Assembly (NCBI RefSeq): GCF_009914755.1
Contig: NC_060927.1
DNA from: the human T2T-CHM13v2.0 reference genome, Homo sapiens
Direction: 5' to 3' (one strand)
DNA length: 64,000 nt
Shown here piece after piece: positions 59,403 through 64,000 of this stretch. Each line of letters opens with the position of its first letter. The stretch's first letter is position 1. The notes below the pieces were generated by a model that did not search any database, was not told where the DNA came from, and was given only the letters and a program-made list of their open reading frames with translations. The position numbers and the translations under genes are program-made.

Positions 59403-59664
59403 ATATCAATTCTCCCCAAATTGATGTATAGTGTCAATGCGATTCCAGTCAAAACCAAGCAGGTTTTTGCTATGAAAATTGACAAAGTAGACCAGGTGTA
59501 GTGGCTCATGTCTGTAATCCCAGCACTTTGGAAGGCCGAGGTGAGCCAAGATCACCTGAGGTCAGGAGTTTGAGACCAGACTAGACAATGTGTCGAAACC
59601 CCGTGGCTACTAAAAATATAAAAATTAGGTGGGTATGGTGGGTGGGTGCTTTTAAACTCAGCTA

Positions 59665-59814
<150 letters not shown>

Positions 59815-60502
59815 CTAAAATTCACATGGAAAGAATATCCAAGACAAACTGCAATAAGAACAATGTGGGAGGACTTACTCTACCAGATGTCAAAATTATC
59901 ATAAACCTACATTAATTAAGACAATGTGTTATTGGTGCAAGGATACAAAAATAGAGCAAAGAAGCAGAATAAAGAGTCTGGAATGAAACCCACATGTGTA
60001 TGTACCCTAGATTCATGACAAAGATGACATTGCTGAACAGTGGTGAAATGTCAATACATTTAAAAAATTATGTATGCACAATTGGGAATCTATACTTAAA
60101 AAAAGAAGCTTGGCCTCTAGCTCTATTCAAGATGGATTATAGATCTAAATATAAAAAGTAAGGCCAGGTGCAGTGGCTCACACCTGTAATACAAGGTAAC
60201 ACCTGTAATACCAGGTAATACCTGTAACACCTCAGGCAGCTGAGGTGGGAGGATAGCTTGAAATCAGGAGCTCAAGACCAGCCTAGACAACAAAAAGAGA
60301 TTCCCATCTCTATGGAAAAAAGAAAAAATAATAATAAGCCAGCATTGGTGGTGCCTGTAGTCCCCAGCTACTCAGAAGACTGAGGGGAGAGGACCCCTTG
60401 AGTCCAGAAGTTCAAGGCTGCAGTGAGCTATGACTGAGCCACTGCACTCCATCCGGGGTGACAGAGCAAGAGCCCGTCTCAAAAAAAAAGGTAAAATCAT
60501 AA

Positions 60503-61221
<719 letters not shown>

Positions 61222-61223
61222 CT

Positions 61224-61241
61224 TGGAGGCCCAGCGAGATT
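61224..61241 (+). promoter_or_regulatory. Primer-binding site complementary to tRNA-Thr
   Basis: TGGAGGCCCAGCGAGATT versus the complement of the recalled tRNA-Thr(UGU) 3' end TGGAGGCCCCAGCGAGATT (one C missing); 2 nt after the LTR. Confidence 0.85.
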
Positions 61242-61439
61242 TATCCCCACCGGGTGAGTGCCGAACTCACTCCTGGCTCCCCTGGACAGATGGGAGGCTT
61301 ATAGGGGAGTCGCCACCTGAGACGTTCAGGGGCCCCATAGGCCCCCGTCTTCCAGAAGGGAACGGATTGACTGCTAGTGTGTGCCCACCAAAATCAACTT
61401 CTGAGTCCTCCATTTCTGGTCCCGGGAAGGTAAGTCAGA

Positions 61440-61741
61440 TCTGACTCTGTTTCTCTGGGAGAGAAGCGGCCCTGACGAGGGCATCCCTCCAACTCTGTCC
61501 ATATTCCAGGATGCTGGAGGACAGAGTCCTGGTTTCTGGTTTCTGATTCTGTTTCTCTGGGAGGGGAGAGGCCCTGAACGAGGGTCTCCCTCTGACTCCT
61601 CCCATATTCCAGGACACTGAAGGACAGAGTTTTGGTTTCTGTCTGATTCTGTTTCTCTGAGAGGGAAGGGGCCCTGAACGAGGGCGTCCCTCTAATTCTG
61701 TTCATATTCCAGGATGCTGAAGGACAGAGTCCTGGTTTCTG
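61440..61741 (+). repeat. Three tandem ~100-bp repeats in the proviral leader
   Basis: Units tctga.tctgtttctctg...ggccctga(a)cgaggg...catattccagga..ctg.aggacagagt..tggtttctg start near 61440, 61542 and 61642. Confidence 0.9.
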
Positions 61742-63100
61742 TCAGGCTTCTCTGTAAGGCTAGTCACTGTCTCTCTCCCTCCCTGTCTTCTCCTTCTCTC
61801 GTTCAGGTCTCCAGGAGACCTCTGTTTTAGAACAGAAATAAGAATTGTAATAAACTCTGTGTGAGTGTGTTGTGAATGGGGAGTTCAAGGGCTTGTGCTT
61901 GAATTTCCAGTTTGTAGCCCTACGGCGAAAGCTACGGAGTTTGAGAGGGCCCTCACCTGTGGTTCCGTGGTGACCTCATAAGGCTTAAGGCAGCATCGGG
62001 CATAGTTCAATCCGAGCCGGGGGTTTATACTGGCCTGCCAATGCCAGGAGGAGCCTAAGTCCCCTCCGGGGGAGCGGCCAGGTGGGCATCTGACTGATCC
62101 CATCACAGGACCCCCTCCCCTTGTCTGTCTATAAAAATTGTCATAATTGTTTATATACCCCAGTGTCTCTTGTCCTGTCTGGTGTCTATCTAAGTTTCGT
62201 ATGTCAGGTCATCAATACTGCCCAAGATGACTGGGCAATGACTTCTTCAAAGTCCTGAGTACAGATTTTCTAACACAGGAGGTCAAATTTCTCATCAGTC
62301 GTTTGGGCTGGCCTTCCCCATCCTGCCTTTTCTGCCAGAAACAAATCAGGTGTTGTTACAGGGAGGGGTGTGGGAAACATTCGCCTATGTGGGAAATATT
62401 TGCCCGTTTGGGATTTCTGGCACCATACAGATTGCTGGCATTTAGATTGCCATACCCCATGCCCCAATGACCGATCCATCTTCCTCTTAGACCCGTGGTG
62501 GATCCAAAATAGCCACCCTGCTGACATCCTGCTTACCTTTTCTGTCATCCCGTAACTTTTCCTGTGCCCTTAAATAAGGCACTGTGCAGAGAAACCTACG
62601 CCCATACTGCTTTACTCCATCTGGACCCTTATTTTACCCCTTCATGACTACTCTCCAAACTTGGGAAGATCCGAGTGGCCCTTTTCCTCCTCATCCCCAT
62701 CCTTTACCCCGCACATCTCGTTTTCCTGTGTCGCAGCAAGTCCAGCGTCTCGAAGACTTGGCCCTGTCCTCCCTCTTTAAACCCTTAAAAGAAAGGGCCA
62801 AGTTTGAACTTTTTGCCTTCGAGTCGTGGAGACACCAAAGATATTTAGGCTATAGGTCAAAGAGGAGGGGGGGATCACATAGGTCCCACTGGCCTCGGAC
62901 CCACCTCTTTTCCTCTCCCTAGATCTCGAAGTGTAAAAAACTGACCTTATGTGGCAAGAAGTGTTGGCTATAGTTGTTTTCCCACTTCTTCTGGTTATAA
63001 TACTTCTGTTCTTCCGATACAACAGCCCTCCAGGCCGTGAATTTCTCTGTCCATGCTGGGTTTAATATTTCTGCTCAAACCTTGTTAAATTGCCTCCAGA

Positions 63101-64000
63101 ATGGGAAACTCTTCTTCCCGACCTCGTAAAGATTGGAGCCCTCTCCAATGTATGTTACAAAATTTCTCTCTGGGCTTTTCAGATGATTACGGAGTCCGCC
63201 CTAAAAAAGGCAAACTCCAGACACTCTGTGAAGTAGAATGACCAAAGTTTGGATCCGGGTGGCCCCCAGAAGAGTCACTAAACCTCACAGCTGTTCAGGC
63301 TGTATGGAGGGTCATTGCTGGAACTCCTGGTCACCCCGATCAGTTTCCCTACATTGATCAATGGCTGAGTTTGGTCCAGAGCCCTCCCCCTTGGCTCTGC
63401 TCATGCGCCATTTGTAATCCAACCTCCAAGATCCTTTTAAGCCAGACCACACTTTTGTCCTGATCCTCAGCTCCCTCGGCTCCTCCTGTATTGCCTCCCT
63501 CTGAAGAAGAGGAGTTTTCCTCATACAGTTCCACCGCCCTATAATCCTCCTGCTCCCTCAGAATCTTCCCTAGTCTCCTCGACTACATCCCCTGTGGGTT
63601 CTCCACCTATAGCCTCCCGAGACAGCCTTGGCAGGAGGAGGTAGCACCCCTCCTCCCACTGAGAGAGGCACAAATCCCTCTGGGTGATGAGCACTCAGCT
63701 CCATTCTTAGTTTATGTCCCTTTCTGTATTTCTGACCTGTACAACTGGAAGGCTCACAATCCCCCCTTCTCTGAAGAGCCCCAGGTTTTGACCTCACTGA
63801 TGGAGTCCGTGCTCCAGACTCACCAGCCCACCTGGGATGATTGTCAGCAACTCCTTTTAATCCTTTTCACCTCTGAAGAGAGGGATCGTATCTGAAGAGA
63901 AGCCAGAAAGTATTTCCTTACATCAGCCGGTAGACCGGAGGGGGAAGCCCAAAACCTCCTTGAGCAGGTTTTTCCCTCTACTCGGCCTGATTGGGATCCA
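63101..64000 (+). pseudogene. gag: Disrupted gammaretrovirus-like gag (MA, p12-like, CA N-terminus), truncated by the window end
   Basis: MGNSSS (myristoylation-type start); CEVE*PKFGSGWP; HPDQFPYI; PSAP (63473) and PPPY (63531) late motifs; [15 protein letters not shown] and [13 protein letters not shown] resemble MLV capsid. Stops at 63239 and 63461, plus frameshifts. Confidence 0.92.

Noticed and set aside
61440-61741. Possible CRISPR-like array
   Set aside because: Eukaryotic retroviral leader; whole units are homologous, with no unique spacers and no cas genes.

Overview
Primate (almost certainly human) genomic DNA, not microbial. The one intact protein-coding gene is PCNP (+ strand, 5 coding exons from 2829 to 21368, 178 aa), with a CpG-island promoter near 2.6-3.4 kb and a 3'UTR ending near 23.05 kb. 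Intron 1 carries an antisense RPS18 processed pseudogene with an intact ORF, inserted inside an Alu. Downstream (24-64 kb) is repeat-dense intergenic DNA. It holds a decayed RPL32 retrocopy, a U6 retrocopy, a cryptic tRNA-Trp 3'-half retrocopy, an internally deleted L1PA, Tigger3, several solo LTRs with clean target-site duplications, dozens of Alus, and the 5' end of a HERV-T/HERVS71-type provirus (LTR, tRNA-Thr PBS, repeat-containing leader, disrupted gag) that runs off the window. Nearly all other ORFs in the track are Alu, L1 or microsatellite artefacts. The most interesting signal is a frame-compatible alternative exon plus a 75-nt mini-intron overlapping the PCNP exon 2 acceptor. Family names and reference sequences are recalled from memory, with no database searches.
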